A stretch of 64,000 nucleotides of DNA from Isurus oxyrinchus. Lineage: Eukaryota. The stretch is taken from contig JANJGN010000088.1 of the NCBI GenBank assembly GCA_026770705.1, positions 930,001 through 994,000 on the forward strand, written 5' to 3'. A program made the position numbers and the translations under genes. The notes under the pieces were generated by a model, which made no database searches, was not told the DNA's origin, and worked only from the letters and a program-made list of their open reading frames with translations. Positions 26,438 through 38,210 of this stretch are shown piece after piece (the first letter of the stretch is position 1; each line of letters starts with the position of its first letter).

Positions 26438-26809
26438 CTGGAAGAGCTGCGGATTTAAGTGTTATGCATTTTCACCTCCCCTCCCCTCTACTGGGGAAGT
26501 GGGAGCTCCATGCAGCCCCTGGCCTCTGCTCTGTCCTGTCTTCTAAAGATCCTAAAAGAACTAGATCATGTAGACACTGACAAGCTGTTGTTACCTTGTC
26601 CAGAACAGTAAAATCAGTGGGAATGGCCTCTGTTTGAAGGGGGCAGGATGAACAATCGTTCTTTCTTTACTTGGCCTCTAGATTACTCGTCCACCTAGGT
26701 AATAACTACATCACCACACCTACGTTGTGAGTTTGAATTTGCCTGGCCCCAAGAGAATTTATATGAGAAGACCATGATGTCAATATTGGAATCAGGCCCA
26801 GGACCTTAC

Positions 26810-27127
26810 CTGGGACATTCTTCACCTCCTTGCTGATGACGAAGTTGGAAAGTGGATGAGACACTGTACAGCTGAAGGCTGATCCTGTCCTCCACTCCTC
26901 TGCACTCACAGTCAGGTAGTGCCTGACATTGAAAGTCCCTGCCTGTTCCAGAGCGGTGAGTCCAGCGTGGGTGTTGGAGGAGATTGGAGCACCATCTTTC
27001 TGCCAGGAGACGTGTAAGAGCTCCGGGTAGAATCCAGTGATCACACACTCGAGTGTGGCTGTGCTCTGATTCTTGACCTCTTGGGCTGGTGGAGGCAGCA
27101 GCCTGACCTTGGGACTTTTTGGCTCGA
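26810..27127 (-). CDS. IgW: IgW CH4-type exon, copy a (4th C domain)
   Basis: 318 nt: (V)EPKSPKVRLLPPPAQEVKNQSTATLECVITGFYPE...FSCTVSHPLSNFVISKEVKNVP, donor G|gtaagg. Confidence 0.92.
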
Positions 27128-27216
27128 CTGGAATAAACAGGCAAAACAAAGAAGCTGTTAAATTCCTTCCCTGAAAGTGAACAAAGTTAGTTATGTAATT
27201 TCTATCTCTCACCCAC

Positions 27217-27519
27217 CTTTTACACTCTTTGCCCGTTTTGAAATGGGTGAGGATGAGGAACCACTTTGAGCAGAGCACACGAACTCCACCCCGCTGTCCC
27301 ATTCCTCTGCAGTGGTTCGGAGTCGGCTGGTGATGATGTATTGTGTTCCTTCCTCTCTCTGTCGCTGGGTTGAAACCCCTTTACTTCGCTCCTGCCCGTT
27401 CATGTTCCAGGTGATGCGGACCTGGCTCGGATTGGAACAGACCACTTTACACACCAGGGTAGCTGTCTTGTTGATCCAAACCTCTTCCATAAGTGGACTT
27501 TGGATAAAGACAGATATTT
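27217..27519 (-). CDS. IgW: IgW CH3-type exon, copy a (3rd C domain)
   Basis: 303 nt: (E)ISVFIQSPLMEEVWINKTATLVCKVVCS...EFVCSAQSGSSSSPISKRAKSVK, donor G|gtgggt. Confidence 0.92.
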
Positions 27520-30123
27520 CTGGGAAGGGGAAATTATACAAATCAGAAGAACGGGCATTATTTAGTATCAGCCACTTGTGGCCTTCAATCGGAACCCAGT
27601 TTAATGTGTTTCACCTGGAGCTGCTAATCGATCATGCGACACTGCACCTAAATATTTTAACAAGTTGAACATTAGAAAATCCCAGGGTTGTTTAAAAAAT
27701 GTCTTGCAATTCTCAGTTTGCAGGTTTTGACTGAGAAAACATCGTAGGACAACCAAGAACCCACTGGATCCCTTTTGAATCTGTCTGCCCTTACCATGAC
27801 CAAGAGATCCACAGTGAGGACTGCAGTTGAGTTGTGGGGTGAGTGGCTTTTTGATGCGACAATGTTACTAACAATGCAATCTCTGGTTTGTGAAATGGAG
27901 TGAAACAGAGATACAAACTGCTTAGCAAAAGGAACAATTCAGTAAATGCTTTTTCACTGCGCGGGGCTGTGGAATGATTTTTGACATTGAGCACACTGAA
28001 TGAACGAAGGGCCCATTTCTTTTAGCTGCGGCTCAGTTGGTAGCACGCTCACCTCCAAATCAGAACGTTGTGGATTCATGTCCCACAAAACTCAAAGTTG
28101 ATGCCCCAGTGCAATACTGAGGGAGTGCTGCACTGTCGGAGCACTGCCTTTTGGATGAGAATTGAAAATGAGGCGCCACATGCTGCCTTAGGTAGGCGTA
28201 AAAGAAGGACATCAGGGAAGCTTGTTCCAATACCCTGATCAGTATATATCCCTCACTCAACATCACAAAAACAGGATCCCTGGTTATTGTCACATTACTC
28301 TTTGTGGGGACTTGCTGTGTGTAAATTGGCTGCTGTGTTTCCAACTTTACATCAGTGGCTGCACTTCAAAAGTACTTCATTTTGGCATGTCCTGTGGTCA
28401 CGAAAGATGACATGTAAATGTGAGCCTTTCTTTACTTTTCTTCCTCTAATTGGAGCTGGCCTGGATCACATCAGTTTTAAAATTCTTATCCTAATGTTCA
28501 CGGCTTCACCTCTCCCTATCTCTGTAACCTTCTCCAGCCCTACAGCCGCCCAGAAACTCTGCACAACTCTTGTACATCTTTATCTTCCTTTCCCCCTGCA
28601 TTGGTGGCTGTGTCTTCAACCGTCTAGGCCCTAATGCCTGGAATTCACTGCCTAAACCTCAGCCACCTGCCACCTCTCTCCTCATTTGAGATGCTGCTTA
28701 AAACCTCTCTATTTTGCCAAGATTTTGGCCACAAGATCTCCTCCTGGAGGCTCAGCATCAGTTTTGCTTTGGCTTTGGTCCTGTGAAGCACCTTGGGATG
28801 TTTTACTACATTAAAGTCTCTATATCAATTCAAGTTATCATTGGTGATCATTCCCTGTCAAAGAAGGTTAGTTTGCATTGGCAGAGCAACTCCCATGAAT
28901 CAGGGGAGTAACAGAAGTCCCCTCTTCCTGCAGGTTGGGGATCATTTCTGCATAACAAGGACTTCCCCTCATTTCATTCCGGAGTTTACTGGCCTGGGAA
29001 GGGAATGATTGATTGAATTCTTCACATTTTCTCCTTGGTGCTCAACTCCCACTGATCACAATCTCTTCAGATATCCCGCAGCTCACTGCGTGTTCTGTAT
29101 ATTGTTAACACAGACACACACGCATATACACACAGACACACACATGCACACACACATTCACTGCGTGAACCACAACTGCTTTGATCCTCACTATTTGTTC
29201 TGTCTCGATTTAATGTTAACACTTACAGAGTGACTGGATTACTCCATCTGTGTCCATATCAAAACCTGTCATGAACACCACATATTAAGTCTTCCGGCTG
29301 CAGTTTTAGCTGATGTTCAGTGTCTGTCTAATAGGACTGTGTCTTTTATTAGGTTATTTATTCTGTTTCTCTCTCTCTTGCCTTTCAAACAAAACGTTGA
29401 TCAATTTCCTTCCAGATTGGGATTGCTCAATATATTAATGATTAAGTCTAGGTGTTTTTCACGTTGATCTCCCATCATAAAACCTCATAGGGTTGGGAAC
29501 AATCCCCTTATCACTGTAAAATAATAACATTATTGGGCAAGAGGTGTTTAATTCCATTTACCCTTTGTGCGGAATTTTGAAAAAACACTTCCCCGACTGG
29601 AATTCCTGTGAACATTGAGCTCCTGACATTGACTGAGATGAGTATCCAGATTGGGAGAGTGATGGGAACTGTTTCTATTTCTGCAACCCAGAATTTCATC
29701 TAAAACAGACCAGGCCATTCAGGGCACCAGTTAAATCCTTGTGTGCTGAATCACCAACTTGCCTCAGGATCAATGAAGGGGGCCAATCCAGCCATTTCAC
29801 TGGATCAATGAGTCCCACTCCAGCACTTCCCAACCTCCCGGCCTCTCTGGGTGACAAACAGGCTTCTAATCCTTTCCAACTTGAGTCAGACTTGAGAGAC
29901 AATGGTCAATCGGTGGGGTCGGGTCCCTATTCACTCTGACCCAGCGCAGGTCACAAAAAAAATGACCATTTAGATCAGGAGTGGTTTGTCTGGGGGAACC
30001 CAAACTCGGGCTGTAACTTCTTGCAGTATTCACACTTTCATTCTGACGGATACCCTAGGATAGATTTGAACCTGCCAGATGGTTTGTAATAAAATTCAAT
30101 GGCCAATTCCATTCACAAACTCA

Positions 30124-30281
30124 TCACTTTATTTCACATTTTTGTTGGTAGCAGTCATATTGGAGCTGATCACCATTTTTGAGGGTCACATTGAGGTTAG
30201 TCTGGTAGAGAAACTTCGGCATACAGTCAGAACAAGAACAGGGAGAACATGGAACTGGACGACATACGTTTCCACCTGGAA
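30124..30281 (-). CDS. IgW: Cys-rich secretory tail exon T1 (short-form IgW tail)
   Basis: ccag acceptor, phase 1, hand translation (V)PGGNVCRPVPCSPCSCSDCMPKFLYQTNLNVTLKNGDQLQYDCYQQKCEIK*. 7 Cys, NVT sequon, AATAAA overlapping the last codons. Resembles the Cys-rich tail of 2-domain IgW/IgX. Confidence 0.88.
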
Positions 30282-30961
30282 CTGGAGGAGTTGCAGATTT
30301 AAGCGTTATACATTTTCACCTCCCCTACTCTGTGCTGGGCAAGTGGGAACTCCACACGGCCTCAAAACTCTGCTCAATCCTGTCTTTGCAGGATCCTAAA
30401 GGAACCTGATCAGGTGGACAATGAAAAGCTGGTTCACCTTGTCCAGAATAGGAAGATCAGGGGAAATGACTTCTGCTTGAAGGGGGAAGGGTGGGGGATT
30501 CAATTCAAAATTAATGCAGCAATAGATTGATCAATCTCTGGAACAGGTTCAGGAGACAGTGAAGCAGATCCATGCAATTCTTGCAAATGCAAAATTGGAA
30601 AGATTTCTTTCTTAATGCAGCACTTGGGAGGGAGTAGAAAAGGAAAAGTTAGGAGGCGATTTCAACCGTGGATGGTAATAGATAGGTCGGTATCAGATGG
30701 GATGTATCAGATGGATCATTTCACAGCCTGTCCCATTTTCATTTCTAGTCACAGAGAGTCACATTGAATGAGGCTGTAAACAAGCAGCTGACCCAATTCC
30801 AGCAGTTTCACTGCTTGCTACGTTAGGTTAAAATTACTCCCCTTAAGGGTAGCTTCAATAACAAAACACAAAATACTGAACATTCACCTTTCCCAACAGG
30901 GTTGATATTAGTGACAGCAATTCACAGATTGAGGGTGGGCGTTGGCACGTTAAGTTAATAC

Positions 30962-31190
30962 GACAAAAACAGAAAATGCTGGAAAAAACTCAGCAGGTCT
31001 GACAGCATCTGTGGGTAGAGAAACTGAGTTAACATTTCGAGCCCAATATGACTCTGAAGAAAGGCCACACAGACTCGAAACATTAACTCTGTTTCTCTCC
31101 CCACAGATGCTGTCAGACCTGATGAGTTTTTCCAACGTTTTTGTTTTTTTTTTAGTTTCCCAGCATCCGCGGTATTTTGCTTTTATCTTA
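30962..31190 (+). mobile_element. Penelope-like element hairpin remnant
   Basis: About 75-bp inverted repeat flanking ctgaaga...cgaaac; related half-copies at about 49065-49165 and 49560-49700. Confidence 0.6.
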
Positions 31191-31252
31191 ATTTAATACC
31201 AGTCTGCATTACTGATGATATATTCATTTCTCCCCCCTCAGGCACCACTTAC

Positions 31253-31561
31253 CCCCTTCGTTTCTCGTGTATCTCATGCTGATCCTCTTATTGAATCTTG
31301 AAGGTGTGTGGGACACTTCACAGGCGTACTCAACCCCTTTCTTCCATTCCACCACAGGAACAGTCAGGTAAGTGACTCTTTCGAATGTAGTGTCTGTGTT
31401 CTGTTGGGAAGGCAGAACAACACCCGTTTTGTCCTCCTGGCCTTTCTTCCAGGAAACCTTTATGCTGTCGGGATCAAATCCGGATATCATACAGCCCAGG
31501 ACAGTGGTAGTTTGATTGTAGACAAACTCCGCGGATGGAACAAGGGTGGTGACAATCGGCG
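31253..31561 (-). CDS. IgW: IgW CH2 exon
   Basis: 309 nt: (A)PIVTTLVPSAEF...LGCMISGFDPDSIKVSW...YACEVSHTPSRFNKRISMRYTRNEG, donor G|gtaagt. Confidence 0.93.
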
Positions 31562-31964
31562 CTGGAGAGGTAAAACATTGCAATGTTTCAGATTACACTG
31601 TTGTTTTGCCACAGGAAAGATGTACTCTATTCCCTCAGCATCTCGAGTAACTGTCACGATGCCAACTCCCATTCATCATCAATTTGACTGGGTTCCCTCT
31701 GACCCTCCCCTGAAATATTTGCTAATCCTTTCAGTTCTAGATTCCGGCAAATGGGCTGAACCTTTCAAATTTTAGTTCCTGAGTTTCTTACTACACAAGT
31801 TCAAATTTTTCTTACTGGTACCTGACAATCTCACAGTGCCGATAACCGGTCTGAGATTGGCACAAATAGGGTAGCACTTCATAAAACTGAGACTTTGGGG
31901 ATTTCAGGCAGAATTTACAATTCTCCATAATAATGGGGACAAATTTAATCTCGACTTGACATTC

Positions 31965-33320
31965 CCCCAGTAACCTTTGACTCCCTTGTTAGTCAAGAAT
32001 CTATCTTCATCTGCCTTAAAAATATTCATTGTCCCTGTTTCCACCGCTCTCTGGGTAAGAGAGTTCCAAAGATTCACGACATCATGAGAGAAAAAGATTT
32101 CTTCTCATCTCCATCTTAAATGGGAGACCCCTTATTTTTAAACTGTTCCCCCAAGATCAAGTCTCTCCCACAAGGGGAAATGTCCTTTCAGCATCCGCCC
32201 TGTCAAGTCCCCTCAGGATCTGATATGTTTCAATGAGATCACCTCTCAATTTTCTAAACTCCAATGGATACAGGCCCAGCCTGTCCAACCTATCCTCATG
32301 AGATAACGCCCCCATCCCAGGTATCAATCGAGTGAACCTTCTTTGAACTGCTTCTAATGATTTAAACACTTTCCTAAATAAGCAAGACCAAAACTGGACA
32401 CTGTACCCTTGATGTGGTCCCACCAATGTCCCATACAACTGTAGCAAAACACCCCTACTTTTCTATTCCATTCGCATTGCAATAAGCAACAACATTCCAT
32501 TTGCCTTCTGAACCACTTGCTGTGTCTATATTCTAACTTCTCCTGATTCATGTACCAGGACACTCGGATCCCTCTGCTCTTCAGAGTTGTGCAGTCTCTC
32601 TCCATTTAAATAATATGCTGCTTTTCTATTCTTCCTGCCAAAGTAGACAAGTTCACATTTTCCCACGTTATACTCCATCTGCCAAATTTTTGCCACTCAC
32701 TTAACCTATGTCCCTTTGCAGACTCCTTATATCCTCTTCACAACTTACTTTCCTACCTTTCTCTGTGTCATCAACAAATTTAGGAACTATACATTCGGTC
32801 CCTTCATCCAAGTCATTGATATAAATTGTAAATATTTGAGGCCTCAGCACTGATCCCTGTGACACTCTAGTCATCACATCTGTTCAACACAAAGAAGATC
32901 CATTTGTCCCTATTCTCTGCTTCCTGTTAGCTAACCAATACTCCATCCATGCTAATATATTTCCCCCTACACCAGGAGCTCTTATTTTGCATCATAATCT
33001 TTTATGTGGCATCTTGTCAGATGCCTTCTGGAAATCTAAGCACAGCACATCCACAAGTTCCCCTTTATGGATGTTGCTTGTTACTTACTTATAGAACTCC
33101 AATAAATTAGTTAAACATGATTTCTCTTTCACAAAGCCGTGTTGATTCTGCCTCATTGCATTGAGATTTTCTAAGTGCCCCGCTATAACTACTTTAATAT
33201 CAGATTCCAGCAGTTTCCCTACAAGAGATTTTAATCAAACTGGCCTGCAGTTTTCTGCTTTCTGTCTCCTTCCTTTCTTGAAGAGAGGCATCACAGTCAC
33301 TATTTTACAATCTGATGGGA
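31965..33320 (-). mobile_element. Decayed CR1 RT fragment
   Basis: LVGPHQGYSVQFWS...VQRRFTRLIPG...RGDLIETY. Confidence 0.85.
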
Positions 33321-33511
33321 CCTCATTGTCCTTCCTTTTGTTACCACAGTACTGCTGGCATGCAGGGATCAAATATATGGGTCCAAGAATTCAATCAGGT
33401 TCTATTGTGCAGCAAGCTCTTACATTGGTGGCTGATGTTTTCTTGTCCAATTTCATCATCACCCACCCCAACACCAGTAGTTTTAAATGACAAATAATAT
33501 CTTGTACTAAC

Positions 33512-33826
33512 CTTTAGGTTTCGTGATCTGACGCTCCACCATTTCATTTGACTTGTAACCCGCCTTACAGTGGTAGACTGTATTGGCATTCCAATCTGAT
33601 GCAGAGATTTTGAGCACGCTGCTCATCATGTAATTCTTATCATTCCCCTGGACTGCCGCATATGTCTGAATTCCAGTGGTAATGACCCGATTGTTACTGG
33701 ACCATATCAGAGTGATGCTCTTAGGATGAAAGTCCTTGACCAGGCAGAAGAAGCTGATCTCATCTTGGTCCCTGTCCATGCCACAGGAAGGGTTGGGGAT
33801 GTAGACCGATGGTGCAGACTGGGCAA
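33512..33826 (-). CDS. IgW: IgW CH1 exon
   Basis: 315 nt, phase 1/1: (V)[41 protein letters not shown]...[22 protein letters not shown]1-set motifs plus the PSC cysteine at the light-chain-pairing position. Confidence 0.93.
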
Positions 33827-34014
33827 CTGAAATATAAATAGTTTCACACAGATAAGCCTAGTAAAGAAACACATACAAATATATGAACTAGGAGCAGGAG
33901 TGGGCCTTTTGGCCCTTTTGGCCCTGCTCTGCCATTTGATAATGGCTGATCTGATTGCAGCCTCAATCTACTTTCCTGTCTACCCTCTTTCACCTTTGAC
34001 TCCCTTGTTACTCA

Positions 34015-34995
34015 GTGTAGAGGGAGCTTTACACTGTATCTAACTGCGAGCCGTACCTGTCCTGTGTGTGTTTGATGGGGACAGTGTAGAGGGAGCTTTA
34101 CTCTGTATCTAACCGCGAGCTGTACCTTTCCTGGGTGTGTTTGATGGGGACAGTGTAGAGGGAGCTTTGCTCTGTACCTAACCCCGTGCTATACCTGTCC
34201 TGGGAGTGTTTGATGGGGACAGTGGAGAGGGAGCTTTACACTGTATCTAACCGCGAGCTGTACCTGTCCTGGGTGTGTTTGATGGGGATGATGTAGAGGG
34301 AGCTTTACTCTGTGTCTAACCCCGTGCTGTACCTGTCCTGGGAGTGGTTGTTGGGGACAGTGTAGACGGAGCTTTACTCTGTATCTAACCCCGAGCTGTA
34401 CCTGTCCTGGGTGTGTTTGATGGGGACAGTGTAGAGGGAACTTTACACTGTATCTAACCGCGAGCTGTACCTGTCCTGGGTGTGTTTGATGGGGACAGTG
34501 TAGAGGGAGCTTTACTCTGTATCTAACCGCGAGCTGTACCTGTCCTGGGTGTGTTTGATGGGGACGGTGTAGAGGGAGCTTTACTCTGTATCTAACCCCG
34601 TGCTGTATCTGTCCTGGGAGTGTTTGATGGGGACAGTGTAGAGGGAGCTTTACTCTGTATCTAACCCTGTGCTGTACCTGTCCTGGGAGTGTTTGTTGGG
34701 GACAGTGTAGAGGGAGCTTTACTCTGTAGACAACCCTGTGCTGTATCTGTCCTGGGAGTGTTTGATGGAGACAGTGAAGAGGGAGCTTTACTCTGTATCT
34801 AACCCCGTGCTGTACCTGTCCTGGGAGTGTTTGATGGGGACAGTGAAGAGGGAGCTTTACTCTGTATCTAACCCCGTGCTGTACCTGTCCTGGGAGTGTT
34901 TGATGGGGACAGTGTAGAGGGAGATTTACTCTGTATCGAACCCCATGCTGTTCTTGTCTTGGGAGTGTTTGATATGATGGTGTAGAGGGAGATTT
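34015..34995. repeat. 69-bp tandem repeat, about 14 copies
   Basis: gtgtttgatggggacagtgtagagggagctttactctgtatctaaccccgtgctgtacctgtcctggga; explains the 23-aa periodic ORF. Confidence 0.95.
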
Positions 34996-35089
34996 ACTAA
35001 AATTGTACAATCCTAGGGAGCATGGCAGTTCAGAGGGAGTTTTATTCAGTATCTCAGTGTCATAGATGATGGGGAGGATTTATACTAAC

Positions 35090-38000
35090 TTGGCAGGGGG
35101 ATGGGATCCTGTGAGGAGGTTCAGCAGGGAAAGATGCACAGCCAAAATTAGAAGAGAGAGCAAGTGGGTGAGGAAGGCATACAAATTATAGGCCAGTTAA
35201 GGCACAATGGAGTTTGGCAAGGTTGGATGGTATTTATTTTAATGCAAGGAGTCTGACGAATCAGGCAGATGAGTTGAGGACATAAATTGACACATGGAAG
35301 CATGATGTCATTGCTGTCACAGAGACATCATGGTTGAGAGAGGGGCAGGATTGGCAGCTCAATAATCCAGGATGTAGGGTCTTCGGGTGAGATAGGGAAG
35401 GAGGTAAAAGAGGAATGGGTATCGCATTATTGATCAAGGAATCAATTACAGCAGTAAGGAGGGATGACATCTTAGAAGGCTCCTCTAATGAAGCCATATG
35501 TGTAGAACCTAAAAACAAAAAAGAGACAATCACATTGCTGGGAGTGTGCTATAGGCCCCCAAACAGTCAGAGAGAAATATGAGAGAGAGCAGATATGTAG
35601 GCAAATTTCAGAGAAGTGTAAAAGTAATAGAGGAGTAATGGTGAGGGATTTCGACTTCCCCAACGTTAACTGGGTTAGTCATAGTGTGATAGGTTTAGAG
35701 GGAGTGGAATTCTTAAAATGCATCCAGGAGAGCTTTTTAAGCCAGTACGTAGAAGGTTCTACAAGAGAGGGGGCGGCCCTGGACTTAATTTTAGGGAATG
35801 TAACCGGGCAAGTGGTAGAGGTATCAGTGGTGGAGATAGCGATCATAACTCCGTTAGATTCAAGGTTCTTATGGAAAAGGACAAGGATGGGCCAGAAATC
35901 ATAATTCTAAATTGGGGGAAGACCGATTTTAATAAGATCAGGTATGGTTTGGCCAGAGTGGACTGGGAGCAGCTACTTTTAGGCAAATCTGCTTCAGAGC
36001 AGTGGAACTTATTCAAGAAAGAAATAGGGAGAGCACAGGGCCAACATATTCCAGTAAAGATAAAGGGTGGGACCAACAAATCCAGGGAACTCTGGATGTT
36101 GAAGGATATACAGGATTGGAGAAAGAGAAAAAGGGAGGCTTATGGCAGATACCGAGGGCTCAAAACACAGAAGCCCTAGAGTATAGAATGTGTAGGGGGA
36201 AACTTAAAAAGGAAATTAGGAGAGCAAAAATGAGGCATGAGAAAACGTTGACAGGTTAAAATAAAGGAAAATCCAAAGTTATTTTACAAGTACATTAAGA
36301 GTAAAATGATAACTCGGAAAGAGTAGGGCCCATAGTGGTAATTTGTGTGTGGAGCCAGAAGACATAGGTAGGGTTCTAAATGAATACTTTGTGTTGATGT
36401 TGACAAGTGAGAGGGATGACATGGGTATGGAAAACAGGCAGAAGGACTGAGATATGATTAAAGAAATTAGCATCGTTCTAAGTGGCCAGGCAGGCTTAAA
36501 AGTAGATAAATCTCCAGGCCCAGATGAAATGTATCCTAGGCTGTTGAGTGAGGCAAGGGAGGAGATAGCAGGGGCGCTGGCAATAATTTTCAATACTCCC
36601 TAGCCACAGGAGAGGTACCAGAGGACTGGAGGACGGCCAATGTGATACTGTCATTCAAGATGGGAGGCAGGCATAAACCAGGGAACTACAGGCCAGTCAG
36701 TCTAACCTCAGTGGTGGGGAAACTATTGGAAGCAATTCTGAGGGACAGAATTAATCTACACTTGGAGAGACAGGGATTAATCAAGGACAGAGAGAATGGT
36801 TTTGTTAAGGGGAGGTCATGTCTGACCAATTTGTCTGAATTTTTCAAAGAGGTGACCAGATGTGTAGATGATGGCAATGCATTTGACATTGCCTACTTAG
36901 ACCTCAGCAAGGCTTTTGATAAGGTCCTGCATGAGAGACTGATAATGAAGGTAAGAGCCCATGGGATCCAAGGCAATTTGGCAAATTGGATCCAGAATTG
37001 GTTGAGTGGCCGGAAGCAGAGGGTGATGGCTGAGTCCAGTGGGGTTCCACAGGGATCGGTCTTGGGTCCCTTGCTGTTTGTGGTGTATATAAACGATTTA
37101 GACGTGAATGTAGGAGGGTTGATCAGTAAGTTCGCAGATGACACGAAAATTGGTGGGGTGGTAAATAGTGAGGAGGATAACTTTAGATTCCAGATGGACA
37201 TAGATGGGCTGGTCAGATGGGCTGATTAGTGGCAAATGGATTTTAATCCGGATAAGTATGAGGTGATGCACTTGGGCAGGACAAACAAGGCACGGGAAGT
37301 ATATTCATATAGCAAGCAATGTTTTAAGTGTTAGTGCCAGCATTTTGTAGTAAACTGCATATTTTTACTATGCACAGAAGGAGCTGAAATGTACAGTATT
37401 TATAGAAAATGTCAACATTGATAGCCAATTGCAATGTTAGATCTTATTAAACGGTACCATTGAATGGTAGGACCCTGGGAAGAACCGAGGATCAGAGGGA
37501 CCTTGGTGTGCATGTCCAACGGTCCCTTAAGGTAGCGGGACAGGTAGATAAGGTGGTTAGGAAGGCATATGGGATACTTTGCTTTATTAGCCAAGGCAGA
37601 GAATATAAGAACAGGGATGTTATGCTGCAACTATAAAAAACGCTGGTTAGGCCACAGCTAGAGTATTGCGTGCAGTTCTAGAATCCGTATTGTAGGAAGG
37701 ATGTGATTGCACTCGAGAGAGAGCAGAGGACATTTACCAGGATGTTGCCTGGGCTGGAGAGTTTTAGTTATGAGGAGAGATTGGATAGACTGGGGTTATT
37801 TTCCCTGGAGCAGAGGAGATTGAGGGGGGACGTGATTGAGGTATATAAAATGATGAGGGGCTTAGATGGGGTAGACAGGAAGGAACATTTCCCCTTGGTG
37901 GAGGGATCATTAACCAGGGGGCATAGATTTAAAGTAAGGGGCAGGAGGTTTAGAGGGGATGTGAGGAAGACTTTTTTCACCCAGAGGGTAGTGGGAATCT

Positions 38001-38210
38001 GGAACTCATTGCCTGAAAGGGTGGTAGAGGCAGAAATCCTCATAACATTTAAGAAGTATTTGGATGTGCACTTGCAATGCCATGGCATAGAAGGCTATGG
38101 GCCTAGTGCTGGAAAATGGGATTAGAATGGTTAGGTACTTGTTTGACCGGCGCAGACTCAATGGGCTGAAGGGCCTTTTTCTGTGCTGTAGACCTCGCTG
38201 ACTCTAAGAC
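35090..38210 (+). mobile_element. Near full-length decayed CR1 ORF2 in the J-CH1 intron
   Basis: DFDFPNVNW, NYRPVSLTSVVGK, GVPQGSVLGP, KFADDTK, TQRVVGIWNSLP. Confidence 0.9.

Larger units (their letters stand above)
19982..30320. repeat. Triplicated tail-CH3-CH4 module
   Basis: About 20300-23490 matches 27130-30320 (offset about 6.83 kb); about 23470-24510 matches 26445-27480 (offset about 2.97 kb). Confidence 0.9.

Noticed and set aside
20485-30399. Plus-strand ORFs repeated in this region (e.g. 23260-23571, 30079-30399)
   Set aside because: Antisense shadows of the CH and tail exons, or of duplicated intron sequence
31224-31252. Read-through tails after CH2 (GKWCLRGEK*) and after the CH4 copies
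   Set aside because: They begin at strong GT donors and are most simply intron sequence; dedicated tail exons exist downstream
34189-35010. 273-aa repetitive ORF (also 62017-62675)
   Set aside because: Translation of a 69-bp satellite whose unit length is a multiple of 3; no sign of a real gene
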